A stretch of DNA of 57,868 bases, filler included, from Sphacelaria rigidula (taxonomy: Eukaryota): NCBI GenBank assembly GCA_964200075.2. It is 3 parts of 3 records of this genome, joined end to end, with 100 filler letters (N's around TTAATTAATTAA, not from the genome) between each part and the next. Parts side by side here need not be neighbours in the genome. Positions count along the whole stretch, not along the records: positions 1 to 19,224 come from CAXNAA020000709.1; positions 19,325 to 38,547 come from CAXNAA020000710.1; 1 more part is not named here. The stretch is one strand, 5' to 3'. The translations under genes and the position numbers were made by a program. The notes below the pieces were generated by a model, which was not told the origin of the DNA, ran no database searches, and saw nothing but the letters and a program-made list of their open reading frames with translations. Positions 13,893 to 26,900 of this stretch are shown one piece after another (positions within the stretch are counted from its first letter, which is position 1; every line of letters begins with the position of its first letter).

Positions 13893-14385
13893 CCAAGGTA
13901 TGCACCTGTGCCCATACCTGAAATCGGGTATATCTATAACGGTATACCCTTACCCCGGGTAGGGGTATGGAAGGCTTACAAAGCTCACAGAACTGTTGGG
14001 TACCACTACTGGATGAAAGTCTTGCAGAGTTTACAGAACTTGTTGGGTACAGTATAGGAGGCTTACAGAAAATCGGTACCGGCAATCGGGTATTTCTTGA
14101 AGAGCATACCCGCGCTCCGGGTACGGGTAGACATTATGTACAGAAGTCACAGAACTGTCGGGTAGGGTATGGAGGTTGCACAGAAAACCGTACCTGCAAC
14201 TAGGTATCTTATCGAGGGCGTACCCGTGCCCCCCGGTGACGGTACGGGAGTCTTACAGAGATTACAGAACTGTCGGGTATCGGTACGAAAGTCTTACAGA
14301 CGTCACAGAACTGTCGGGTACTGTAAATACCCGGCAAAATACCAAGGGTATACAGAAAACCGTACCCTACACAACACAAGCTTGG
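13893..14385 (+). repeat. Interspersed element built of repeated cagaactgtcgggta motifs (copy 2)
   Basis: Same motif series as 12820-13254, bounded by ccaag...cttgg (possible short TIR). Confidence 0.7.
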
Positions 14386-16129
14386 AAACGACGAGGCGTG
14401 GCTCAAATTTTCGATTTTTTTTAGTAAGACTTGACGCCAGAGAAAACGCACTCAGGCCTACCCTGTCCCTCCTTTGGCTCATAGTTCTACTTTTTTCTTC
14501 CTGGCTGGAAGGTTTTCAAAAATAGCCCAAATCAATCGCATCTCCCAAGGTGAGGGTGAAGGAGTGTCAAAATTTCACCCCGAAATTCGAAAAATTGAGT
14601 CGCGCGTGGCCTGTGGACTGTAGCCACAGAGCCTTGGCCCGCGCAGCTCGTAGTATATCATAGGGTCGCGATATAGTGCAGTCAGACCGCATGGCACTGG
14701 GACGCCCCGTACAACACGACCAACTATCGAGGGCGAAAAATGAAATTGACAACACAAATTCTCATAGCAAAAAGCACTTACTGTGTCAAGTCATATTTCT
14801 CACCTGGAACCCATGCCTCAGGGACTGGGACATGTACGGCACGAAGCGATGCAGGCTACCCCGGTCGACAACTACCCCGCTCACTCCGGACGCGGCAGAG
14901 GCATTGGAGCAATTCGTGTCGCGCTTCCGCTGCTGGGACTCTACACTTGTCAACGCCTGTCTCGATGCATCACAGACGAAAATTATTACAAAGTCCAGAA
15001 TCCGAATCCCAAACGGTGGAACGGGTGCTCAGGCTGGTGTTAAAATCAAGATTGCAGGGTGACAGATATGATTTTACTATACTGCATTTTCTGGCGGACT
15101 TCTTCGCGTGCTTCATTTGGTGGAGTACTAAAAAAAAACAAGACAAGAAATAAAAAATAAAAAAAATCCTGTGTTGACATGACCTTCCTCCTGTGTGACC
15201 CCGGCTGATGCGCCCACGTACACTGAAGGTGTCGAATGGCGCCTAGAATGGATGGGATAACACACAACAACACACTTCCCCTGTACCTTTTTCTTCATTG
15301 AACTCCGTTCGTTCGTGTCATTTTCGTTTTTATTTTCTCCATGCTCCCGTCTGATTTTGACTCGGGGACATCCGTTTTGTGGACACGGCTATATTTGCAG
15401 AGGACAAGTAGATGCGCAACAACAGCCAATCAGTCAAATACACGAGCACCGAAACAAACATCCGAACGCTGCAGCAATTCAAGTCTCCAGCGTTTTTTAT
15501 TCTTCACGGGCTGCACACGCACAACCCGTGAAAAACTCGTGGAGTGAGAGATTTTCGCCAACACAGGCATGCTGTCCCTGGCAACAAAAAAATGGGGCGG
15601 CCAGACGGCGTCCTCGCGCGGAGCAAATGTCGGGAACGGCTAGCCCAAGCACACACAGGGCAGAAGCAATGACAGCACCGCGGGTGCCGGCACCCTCAAG
15701 ATTGTCTGCCTGAACACCGTGTCGTCCCGAACGTGCAACAGTACGAAGACAATTTGGTCAATATTTTGCCAGGTGGGATCAGGGTAATATTCAACACAAA
15801 TTTCAAGTACAAAATAAACAAGCGGTATACCACCCCCACCCCCCACCCCGTTGGCGTCGGTTGGTAATGACGCTGTAAAACACGCCACTCGCCGCGTAAG
15901 CTACGCAACCAGGCCATCGTCTTGACTTTCGCTTGCATTTTATTTTTCCGACAACCGTGCTGGCGGCAGAGCTAGATACATTTCGTGCAGGGTGGAGAAC
16001 CTCAATTCCGCACAATGGGCATGATCGCACTACGTAATGTTTGAATGCAGAGACCCCCCACGAGGCAGTGTAGAACCCGCGGCTTCCTCTGGAAGTGGCG
16101 ATACCACAAGAAGAGGTAACACAACTCAT

Positions 16130-16380
16130 TGGAGGCTGTCCTCTGTACGCCATCCATATGCAAGACAATCAGTACGCTTCGTGCCGAACGATCTCGACGG
16201 GATGCAGCTCGCCCTTCATGCGCTCACCCAACACATCACGCCGCTTCACGCTCGGAGACTGCGAGCCTGTTGCGGCGACAACCCGGCGTGCTCCGCCCCC
16301 GCTTTGTGGGGACGCGGCATTAAATGGTCTCATGACTACGGTATGCAAGGCCATGAGTATCGCCCTCCCCCCCTCTCACC
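16130..16380. repeat. Dispersed repeat family (also ~30540-30675, ~32510-32660, ~36915-37170)
   Basis: Shared core gcgagcc...ggcgaaaacccggcgtgct...gggatgc...aatggtc...atgcaagatcatgagtacacccc, ending in a C-rich tract in all four copies. Confidence 0.7.
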
Positions 16381-16653
16381 CATTCCTCCATAAATACCCC
16401 TTCTTGCCGTATGCACAACTTTTTCATGTGAGGCGGCAGGACCGGCCCCGTTGTCGAATTTCACCGAAAAACTCTTTGGTCGTTCAGAGGTCTGGCCTCA
16501 GTAGTGAGAGCTAAATCACAAGACCTTCGAACCCTTGACGCTCCGCAGGTATCACGTGGGTTGTCTTGAAGTGACCTTACGGTGATGTGTGTGATGTGTG
16601 GCGTGTGGGAGGAAGGGGGGTCAGGTGATTTCACGCACGAACGAGTCACGTTA

Positions 16654-16777
16654 CAACCCTTTTGGAACCCATTGACGATTTTTGTTCTTGTAAATGATCA
16701 TCACCTTGACTTGAAAATGACTGAAAATGACGCCGATTCACAAGAACAAAAATAGCCAGTGGGTTTCAAAAGGGTTG
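16654..16777. mobile_element. Tiny foldback MITE (124 bp, ~38-bp TIRs)
   Basis: caacccttttggaacccattgacgatttttgttcttgt is the near reverse complement of acaagaacaaaaatagccagtgggtttcaaaagggttg. Confidence 0.7.
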
Positions 16778-17593
16778 AGGAGCCCTGGCATTCACAACAA
16801 AAATGATTTCAAGTGCTCCTTCAGATCGGTAAAACACGCGTTTCATTCGGCAAGATATCAAAAACAGTGATGTTGGCATTCTTTTACTTCGTGCCCCGCT
16901 TAACCCCAATCCCCTGCGGTAGAATTACTCTTCGAGGGGTGACAAAGAAAAAACGCCAAAAGTGAGACATGAAAGTTACATGATCAACTCCTGTATATCA
17001 CGTGGGGATCGTCTCAGAGCAGTCCCCCTCCCCCCCCGTAAAAGGCTTCTGTGTAACGAATGGAAGAAACGTAATGAGCGCCGGAATGTTGAAGGTGTCT
17101 CTACTAAGAGTAGGAACGGTGCTCCGTCACGAGAGGGATGCGTGGTCAGTGGTCAAACGGCCAAGGCAAGCAGCGAATGAGTACCGTATAGCTACCAGTC
17201 CTCTCTTTTGAGCGCTTGAATGGGCAACTATTAATAGTCGTTCCTATACGAAAACTGCGATGTACACCACGGCTACGCGAAATAAGGCACAACTCATTGA
17301 TCCCCACCGTTATCGGGAACGGTTTTTGCCGTGACCCATATTCCTCTCGATCTTCGTGCGTGACATCAATCCCAGATACATGCACATACAAATGCGACGT
17401 TGATTGGTTCACCCACTTCCCTCCCTGTCCTCACCGTTCTCTCATTAAAGGAAAGTTTTTGCCTACAGTCTGCAAGTACCAAAACGTCTGGGCGACCAAA
17501 AACAAATATATCGCTGCGTGGAACGAACTCTCAGGGTAGATTGCGATCAAAGGGTCAAAGACGTGCCCTCTCGCTTTGATTTACCTGATATAA

Positions 17594-18044
17594 CCGGTCA
17601 CCCCGGTGGGTCAGTTGGTAACCTAGAATCCTTCTGACGGTTGGATCGTGGGTTCGAAACTCGGTGCAGTCACACGGTCCGGCATTTGTTTCCACATGCC
17701 CAACAGTGGAGATCGAATATGTCGCGGGTACACAAAACTCGACTTCACAGTCGATGAGGGAAAGGAATCGATGAACCCCTCAAGCAAAAAAATCACGGCA
17801 ACCACCGTAAAAGGAAGGTGGAGACTTAGAAACACAGAAGAGAAGAAAAAAAATCCCGTGTTGGCCTTCCTCCTGGCTGGCCCCGGCTGATATACCCCCA
17901 TACACCGAGAGGTGTAGACTGGCGTCCAGAATAGATGGGATGGCAACACACAACAACAAGCGTTCTGCCTACATCCTGCAAACACCAAACACCTGGGCCA
18001 CCATAAACAGATATCGCGGTGTGGTGCTCTGAGGGAAGTTCCGG
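17594..18044 (+). mobile_element. Probable tRNA-derived SINE
   Basis: A-box-like tgggtcagttggt and B-box-like gggttcgaaactc lie at the 5' end. The 3' half matches a truncated copy at ~15165-15275. It is flanked by the 23-bp direct repeat tcaaagggtcaaagacgtgccct (17547-17569, 18045-18067). Confidence 0.6.
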
Positions 18045-18082
18045 TCAAAGGGTCAAAGACGTGCCCTTTCACTTGCACCCAC

Positions 18083-18313
18083 CTGATAATGTTTGAGCCG
18101 CATGCCTCGTTGATAAAAGTACTCCCCGGGAGCCTCTTCCGTGCCTGCCAGTAGGGACCCCATCATCAGGACACTGGCTCCGAGTGCCAGCGCCTTCGTT
18201 CCACACCCCGTGTTCGTAATGCCTCCATCCGCTATGACCGGAACTCCGTACGCGCGCGCCAGCTTGCTCACATGGTACACGGCCGAGATCTGCGCTCTGC
18301 CCACAGCTCGCAC
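18083..18313 (-). CDS. IMPDH: Single internal exon of inosine-5'-monophosphate dehydrogenase (or closely related IMPDH/GMPR-family protein); other exons not found
   Basis: ctcag|[77 protein letters not shown]|gtgggt. The [28 protein letters not shown] motifs are diagnostic of IMPDH. 231 nt, no stop. Confidence 0.8.
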
Positions 18314-19039
18314 CTGAGAGGTTTGAGGGGGGGTGTTCCGGGGCGGCATTTTCCTCATTTTACAATCGCACCAACCCCCTTTACCTCAGACCCACGATTG
18401 AAAGTCGGGAGGATTCCCGGGCAATCACGCATGATATTCATAGTCACCATCACATAATTCAATGAAAGTGGGGAGTAATACCACAAGACAGACAGCGGGA
18501 AGCACGATTGACAGCCGAACAAAAGAGATAAATCGAGGATAGAAAAAAAAAAACGACCTGAGGGGTGCGCATTCGAAATCTTCAATACGAAGTCTTCTAG
18601 ATGATATGTGCTCCTGGTGAGCATTTCGCTCTCATGGGGAGGGGGGAGGGGGCGTATTCTTCGTTGCTTGCTTCAGTCGCTTCATCAGTAGCCACGAGAA
18701 CCGGAATTGATATTTGAGGTGTGGGAGCGGTAATGTACTGGGGTCCAATGGTATTCCCATGAGTTGGTTTCTATGTGGTAACCATCTGCAAAAGACTAGT
18801 GAGCTGTTGAGAAATATAGATGTACACCACAGTTCCCGTTTGAGTTCACCCGCACTCTTAATTACGACAGCGGAAAGCGCTACAATAGCATGATCACAAG
18901 AGAGTGAAACGACTCGAAATTTCCACGAGTTCTTGCCACCACGAGCGCTAAAAATTGCCCGTGAGCTTTCAACTCCACCTTGGCCACAATGGCAAACAAC
19001 ATGAATTATCCCAAATATCGACTGACAGTATTGTCTGGT

Positions 19040-19224
19040 CTAGCGCGGTGGTGTAATGGTCCGACTGTCGCCATTAGAGTGGAGATAACGGGGGTTCGAT
19101 TCCGGTGCGTCGGGTTTTTCTTCGTAATGGATGATTTCCACCGTGGAAAGCGTGAGAACGTGAGAAATAAAACTAGTCGACTGGGCTAGTATGACGTGAG
19201 TTGACGCGGTGCGGGAGTGCTGAC
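19040..19224 (+). mobile_element. tRNA-like SINE head, truncated by assembly gap
   Basis: A box tggtgtaatggt and B box ggttcgattcc at tRNA-like spacing, but no good acceptor stem. Confidence 0.45.
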
Positions 19225-19324
19225 NNNNNNNNNNNNNNNNNNNNNNNNNNNNNNNNNNNNNNNNNNNNTTAATTAATTAANNNNNNNNNNNNNNNNNNNN
19301 NNNNNNNNNNNNNNNNNNNNNNNN
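19225..19324. other. Assembly gap with artificial TTAATTAATTAA linker
   Basis: N-run with ttaattaattaa at 19269-19280. Confidence 0.97.
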
Positions 19325-20050
19325 GGGCGGTACGTGAGCCCACCACAAAAAAAGAAAAAAAAAAAATCCCCCCCCCCCCCCCCCCCTCCCGCGCGCGCGC
19401 CCTCTTTTACTCTTACCCTTGGGGGCGGAACCCGTGTTTCCTGTGTAAATGGGCATGGTTGTGATCTGCACCACGTGAACGATCGTTGTTCTTGAGTGAC
19501 AGATGTTTATCTTTGACAATGGCTCGTGGTTTATCTGTCAGCAACGTCGGTTCAAAACGTAGGTGATCCCGAACAGCGGTGTACTCGGAGGGAAGGGTAA
19601 TAAGATACTTGTCCACGACAATCTTTTGAGCAATCTCCAATCCCAGCCACCTGGCATACGACTGCAACGACTGTAATCGGATCCAGAACTCATTGGTGTC
19701 TTGACCCCCGCTGTACTTTTGGTTGTTGGAGTCGCTCCAAACTTTCATCTTCGAACCTGATTTTTTCAGAGAAAACTGTTCATCCAATGCACACCATGCT
19801 ATGCAAGGTGATCACGACTCGAAAAGTATGTGTCTACCGACCCCATCATTGACAGTGTTGAGCAATAAGATACACGCAATCCATGCTCGTAAGATGTCGT
19901 CTGAATGCACACCCAACCCCAGTAGCTGCTGTTCGCTCAAAGGATCAACACACAGCGGCGGGTCTTTGAACAACTCCTGCGCGAAACCACACATGGAAGC
20001 ATATCGCTCAACTTCCGGCTAGAAAGTCACCCACGCATGGCCCATATTGC
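19325..20050 (-). mobile_element. Ty1/Copia-type gag relic
   Basis: ORF 19413-19787 has UBN2/Retrotran_gag_2-like features (EFWIRLQSL...KYLITLPSEYTAVRDHL), followed by an RG-rich linker before the gap. It is frameshifted, and no pol is visible. Confidence 0.55.
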
Positions 20051-20917
20051 TGTCGAAGGGGCGAATTTGTCGAGCCTCCAACGTTCGAGAATCGGCGCTC
20101 AAAAGTATTCATGTACCTTGGGTGTTACTTTGACTTTGCACACCGACACCCGTACTCAAACCCATTGCACTTGGAAATCCAAGGCCATACCTCATACCCA
20201 ACGCCGCGCTTGCGACCCGAGTACCTGCAGCATCCCCGGATCCAGCAGCGGTCCAGCTACTGAGCGGTGTCCTCCTTGCTCCGAAGTCCATCGGAGCAGC
20301 TTCCTGTCGGAGCTTCTTGTCGTGGCGGACCTGCCGTCCCCACTGTTACGGAAGCCTCTCTAGCCCTACTAGCTTGTTATTCCTTGCAACTATGCTAATG
20401 TTCAGGCGTGATTATGATCTCATGAGCAGGAACCTCTAATGTTCCACCGTGGCGGTCCAAGAACCTCATTTAGCAACTTGAGGCAGGAAGAGGGGATGGT
20501 GTCGAAGGCTTTGGCGTAATCTGATCCTTGGTTATATCAATAGACAAACATAACGAGCGCAATGGGGGGGAAATAGAAGACAACACCGTACCGTAATGTG
20601 AAGCATTGTGCTGCTGTACTGTGGGTTTTTGTCCGGCTGTCTCGACCTATACAGACAGCCGTAGTTGTGACGTGAAAATGAAGGATAAGCAGACCGTACG
20701 GCGGTGCAATGCAGCAGGGAGGTGTGCGTGTCATGGGTGTTGAAGGCCTTGTGCACTTCTTTTCTGACCGACAGGACTAATCATTCGCATCTTATCGGCC
20801 TGCACGATTTTTCATCAGGAAGAACCTACACACTTTTTCGAAACAATATCTTGTATTTTGTGGCCGCGATAAGCGTAGCTGTTACTGACTGCTTCTGCGT
20901 CGTGTACTACAATGCAG

Positions 20918-23900
20918 GGCAAATACGCCGAGGCCAAAACACTCTACGGACGTTGCCAGACGATCATGGAGAAGGTTCTCAACCCGGAGCACCCAAGCTT
21001 GGCAACAACGCTTCACAGCCGTGCTCTGCTGTTGAAAGCTCAGGTGAATACCGATGGAACTTTGTTGTGGTCGTGTGTCGACGTGTGAACGGCATTGTGT
21101 GTGCATGGTGTTCGCTGGTCCTGTGGGCCAACGTTGACTGAGGGGGCGAGCGTGTCGCCGCCAGCTCGTTGTACCTCTGAGTCGTCGAGATCGGGTACAG
21201 TGTCGTTGGCCCTGTACACACGACGCTCGCTGGCTGCACACCTGGGTGGGGTGGTAGCGCGAGTGCCTCGCCGTCGTTGTGGGTGTGACTTTCGCCGTTA
21301 CCACCTACTTTTTCATCGTGTACTACGTTGCAGGGCAAGTTCGCCGAGGCTGAGCCACTCTTCGAGCGGTGCCAGGCGATGCAGCAGAAGGTTCTCGGCC
21401 CGGAGCACCCAAAGTTAGCCACAACGCTTCACAACCGTGCGGGCTTGTTGCAAGCTCAGGTGTGAACCGATGGAGCTTCCTTGTAGTCGTGTCTCGACGT
21501 CTCAATGATTTTGTGTGGTGCTGATGTTGTTCGCTGATCCTATGAGCCAAAAGAAACTGACGAGGTGAGTATGGCTAGGCCAACCCGTTGAACCTCCGAG
21601 CAATCAAAATCGGACATAGTACCCTTCGTGCTGTACACGTGGTGCTCACCGGCTGCACACGTGGGCGGGGCGGTGGCCCGAGCGTCTCACTGCCGTTGTA
21701 GGTCCGACGTCAGCTGTCCTAAGCTTCTTGTCCGTCGTGAACTACGTTGTAGGGCAAGTACGCCGAAGCGGAAGCACTCTACGAGCGCTGCCAGGCGATG
21801 CAGCAGAAGGTTCTCGGCCCGGAGAGTCCTGAGTTGGCTGCAACTCTGCGTAGTCGTGCGGGGTTGTTGGAAGCCCAGGTGAGAGCCGATGGGACTTTCT
21901 CGTTGTCGTGTGCTGACGTGTAAACGACATTTTGCTGTCTTATTGTTTGCTGTTTTGTGGGCCAACGTTGAATGAGACGGGTGAGTAGCCAAATAGAGGT
22001 ACTTCCAAGCGGTCGGGGTCTGGCATATAGTAGTCAGCATCAGAAGTTTTCAGAATTCGTAGTTGTTCTATTTTTTTAGTTTTTCTGGAGTACTATTCTT
22101 CACTACGACTTGAAAGTGCTAGCGCCGGTAGATTTAGGGCAAAAGCGTAGGCCGCGCTCAAACTGCAGTGCTCAAGTTGGCGTTTTTGGGGCGATGCGGA
22201 CTTGATACCCAGGAGGGTGTTATTGACCGTTTTTGGTCCAATATGAGCAGTTTTCCCGCTCTTCAGCGACGAAACGGTAAATATTCAGAAAATGAACACG
22301 TATAAAACTCTTCACAATAACGATCGAGATCGTGTTTCCCTCCTATACTGCACAGACCTCAGTCTAGCATTTTCTGTGGATGGCCTATTTTCGGGGGGTT
22401 TTCGCATAAAATTTTCCATAAGCACTCGAAAGTGCTTGCGTCGATAGTTTTGGCAAAATAAGCAAACCATGCTTAAATGACAATCGCCCAAGTTGGTGTC
22501 GTGGGGGCGATACCGGGTAAAGACCTCGTTTATCAGGAGGGTGTCATTGACCGTAAACGGTCCAAGAAACATAGTTTTCCTGCTCTAGCGCAGTGACCAG
22601 GTGGGGTTAAAAGAAAAATAACGTTTTGAGTCTTCATTTATAGGATCCAGATCGAGTTGGTCCACCGAAAATACCGAAAAGCTAAAGCCTGGGGTCGTAC
22701 TTTCGCAGGACCCCCGAAGATCGGTCAAGCTCTTAAATCACTCATGATTGATCGCAGATAACTTTTATTTCAATATATGTCAACATGCATGAAATATCTC
22801 CGGATGCTCATGTTTTGGCATCCAAAAGTCACTGTGATGAGTGGTGGTAGGCAAAACAAATTTGGACAATCTTTGAGAAACTAAGAAATTACGGATTCTG
22901 CATACTTCTGACGCTGACTACTGTAGTACCCTTGGCCCCGTACAAATTGACCTTTCCCGCTGCACACCTGGGCGAGATGGTGACGCGAGCGCCTCGCCGC
23001 CGTTGTAGGTCAGACGTTGACTGTCATCGTCTGCTTCTGTGTCATACTACGGTGCAGGGCAAGTACGCTGACGCTGAGCCACTCTACGAGCAGTGCCAGG
23101 TGATCGAGGAGAAGGTTCTCGGTCCGGAGCACCCAACCTTGGCCACAACGCTCATCAACCGTGCGGGTTTGTTGCAAGCCCAGGTGAGAGCTGATGTGCC
23201 TTTATCGTTGTCGTGTGTCGACGTGTAAACGGTGTTGTATATTTTCGATATCGTTTTGCAGTCCCTTGGCCCGAAGCCAACCCGTTGTACGTCTGAACCG
23301 TCGAGATCGGCCATATTATCCTTGGCCCTGTAAGGCAAGCTCAGGTGCGAACCGATGTAACTTCCTCGTTGTCGTGTGTCGACGCGTGAGCGACATTGTG
23401 TTGTGTTGATGTTCTTCGCTGGTTCTGTGGGCCAACGGTGACTGACAGGGTGACTGCGACCAGGCCAAGCCGTTGTACCCCTGAGCCGTCCAGATCGGGC
23501 ACAGTACTCTTGGCCCTGTACACGCATCGCTCGCCGGCTGAACGCATGGGCAGGGCAGTGGCACGAGCAACTCTTCGTCGTTGCGGGTTCGGCATTGAAT
23601 ATTGTAAACTGCTCCTTGTGTTATTTACTACATTGCAGGGCAAGTACATCGAGGCTGAACCGCTCTACGAGCGGTGCCAGGTGATGCTGGAGAAGGTTCT
23701 CGGCCCGGAGCACCCAACCTTGGGGTCAATGCTGGGATGCCGTGCGTTGTTGTTGCAAGCGCAGGTGAGAGCCGATGGAACTTTATCGTCGTCGTGTATC
23801 GGTGTGTGAACGACATTGTAAGGTGTTGGTGTGGTTCGCTGATACTTTTGGCCAACGTTGACTCAGAGGATGATTGCAGCGAAGCTAACCCGTTGTGCCT

Positions 23901-26900
23901 CTGAGCCTCCGGGGTCGTGCAAAGTACCGTTGGCCCTGTACACGAAGCGCTTGCCGGCTGTACACCAGAGCTAGGGAAAGGCCCGAGCGTTTTGCGTTTC
24001 GCTGCCTTATCAGGTGCGATCTTGACTTATATGAGGTGCTTGTGCGTCGTGTTCTACATTGCAGGGCAAGTACGCCGAAGCCGAGGCACTCTTCGAGCGG
24101 TGCCAAGCGATGCAGGAGAAAGTTCTCGGCCCGGAGCACCCGAGCTTGGCCACAACGCTCGACAATCGTGCGGGTTTCTTGCAAGCTCAGGTGAGAGCAG
24201 ATGGAACTTTGTCGTAGTCGTGTGTCGATGCGTGATTGACAACATGTGACGTTGATGTTGTTCGCTGGTCCTGTGGATCAACGTCGACTTAGAGGGCGAG
24301 TGCGGCGAGGCCAATCCCTTCAACGTCTGAGCCGTCGAGATTTGTAATTGTGCTCTTGATCCTGTAGACATATAGCTCGCCAGCCGCACACCTCGGTGGG
24401 ACGGTGGCGGTCTCGTCGCCCTTTCAGGTCCGATGTCGACTGTTGCAGGCTGCTTCCGCGTCGTGTACTACATTGCAGGGCAAGTACGCCGAAGCTGAGC
24501 CACTCCACGAGCGGTGCCAGGCAATGCTTGAGAAGGTTCTCGGCCCGGAGCACCCAAGCCTGGCCACAACGATTCACAACCGTGCGGGTTTGTTGCAAGC
24601 TCAGGTAAAGTTAACCGAATTTCATCGTGATCGTGTGTTGACCCATGAACGGTTTAATGTGGTGTTGGTGTTGTTTGATGGTCCTGTGGGCCAATGTTAT
24701 CTGAGAAGGTGAGTGCGGCAATACTAACCCCTCGTATCTCTGAGGTGATGAGGTCTGGCATGATACCTTTGGGTCTGTACACATAGCGCTCACAGGCTGC
24801 ACACCTGGGCGGAGCGGTGTCGCGAACGTCTCGCCTCCGTTGTCGGTCCGACGTTGCTGTCGTGGGTTGCTTCTACGCCGTGTACTACATCACAGGGCAA
24901 GTACGCCGAGGCCGAGCCACTCTACGAGCGATGTCAGGCGATGAAGGAAAAGGTTCTCGGCCTACAGCACCCAAGCTTGGCCGCGACGCTCCATAACCGT
25001 GCGTTGTTGTTGCAAGCCCAGGTGAGAGCCAATTAAACTTTGTCGTGGTCATATGTCGATGTGTGAACAACTTTGTGGTGTTGATGTTGTGTCCAGGTCC
25101 TGTGGACCGCCGTTGGCTAAGAGGGTAAGTGCGACGAGGCCAACCCACGGGACCTCTTAGCCATCACAAATGGAGGTCGTAACAACTGCCCTTCCTAAAC
25201 GCACCCCCGGTTGGCTGCATTCCTGGGCGGGGCGATGGCGCGATCGTCTCGCTGCCGTTGTAGTCTGACGTTGAGTGTTTCAGGGTGCTTCTGCGTCGTG
25301 AACTATATTGCAGGGCAAACACGCTGAGGCTGAGCGTCTCTACAAGCGATGCCAGATGATTAAAGAGAAGGTTTTCGGCCAGGAACACCCAAGCCTGGCC
25401 ATCACTATCCGCGACCGTGCGGGGCTGTTGCAAGCTCAGGTGAGAGCCGATCGAATTTTGTCGTTTCCGAGTGTTCGTGTGGACGACATTGTGTGATGTC
25501 GATGTTGTTCGCTGGTCCTGTGGGCCAACGTTGACTGAGGGGGCGATCTCGGCTAGGCCATCTCGTTGTACCTCTACGCCCTCGAGATCGGACATGGTAC
25601 GCTTGGCCCTGTACACGCGTGGCGCTCGCCGGCTGCACACCTGGGCGGGACAGTGGAACGAGGATCTCTCCGCCGGTTTAGGTCCGACGTTGACTGTTGC
25701 GGGATGCTTCTGGGTCGTGCACTGCATTACAGGGAAATTACACCGAGGCTGAGTCACTTTTCGAGCGGTGCCAGGCGATCGAGGAAAAGGTCCTCGGCTC
25801 GGAGCACCCGAGCTTGGCCACAACACTCAACAGCCGTGCGGGTTTGTTGCAAGCCCAGGTGAGGGCTGATGTGCCTTCATCGTTGTCGTGTGTCGACGTA
25901 TAAACGACCATGTGTACTATCGAGATCGTCATGCAGTCCCTTGGCCCAACGTGACCCAGAAGATGAGTGCGGCGAAGCCAACCCGTCGTACGTCCGAACT
26001 GTCGAATTTGGCCGTAGTATCCTTGGCCCTGAAACGCATCGCTTACCGGCTGCACGCAATAGCGAGTCGGTGGCGCCAGCATTTCGCTGCCGTTGTACGT
26101 CCAACGTTGACTGTTACAGGCTGCTTCTGAATCTTGTACTAAATTACAGGGCAAGTACGCCGAGGCTGAGCTGCTATATAAGCGGTGCCAAGCGATCGCG
26201 GAGAACGTTCTTGGCCCGGAGCACCTGAGCTTGGCCGCCACGCTCCACAACCGTGCGGGGTTGTTGGAAGCTCAGGTGGGAGTCGATAGACCTTTATCTT
26301 TGCTGGGTGTTCGTGTGAGCGACATAGTGTCGTGTTGATAGTGTTCACTGGTCCTGTGGGCCAGCTTTGACTGAAGGGGCGAGTGCGGCGATGCGAACTC
26401 GTTGTACCCTTGAGGCATTGAGATGTTGCATAGTATCCTTGACACTGTACACGCATCGCTGACGGGCTGCGCACCTGGGTGGGGCGGTGGCGCGAGCGTC
26501 TCGCTGCCGTTGCAGATCCGACGTTGACTGTCACAGTATGCTCCTGCGTCGTGTCTACCTTTCAGGGCAAGTACGCCGAGGCTGAGCCATTATACGAGCG
26601 GTGCCAGGCGCTTGAAGAGAAGTCTCTTGGCCCGGAGCACCCAAGCTTGGCCACAACGTTGAACAATCGTGCGCATTTGTTGCAGGCTCAGGTGAGAGCC
26701 GAAGCACCTTCTCCACCTTCTCGTCCTCGCATGTGGAAAATGTTGTGTGGTGTTGATGTTGTTCGCTGGTCCTGAGGGTCAGTGTTACTAAGGCGATGAG
26801 CACGGCGAGACCAATCCGCTGTTCCTGTGAGTTGTCGAGATCGAGCACAGTACTCTTCGCCCTGTACGCACATAGCTCGCCGGCTGCATACCTGACTGTA

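Noticed and set aside
19269-19280. TTAATTAATTAA palindrome inside N-runs (also 38592-38603)
   Set aside because: Identical, centred in 100-bp gaps and containing stops in all six frames, so it is a scaffolding linker and not biology.
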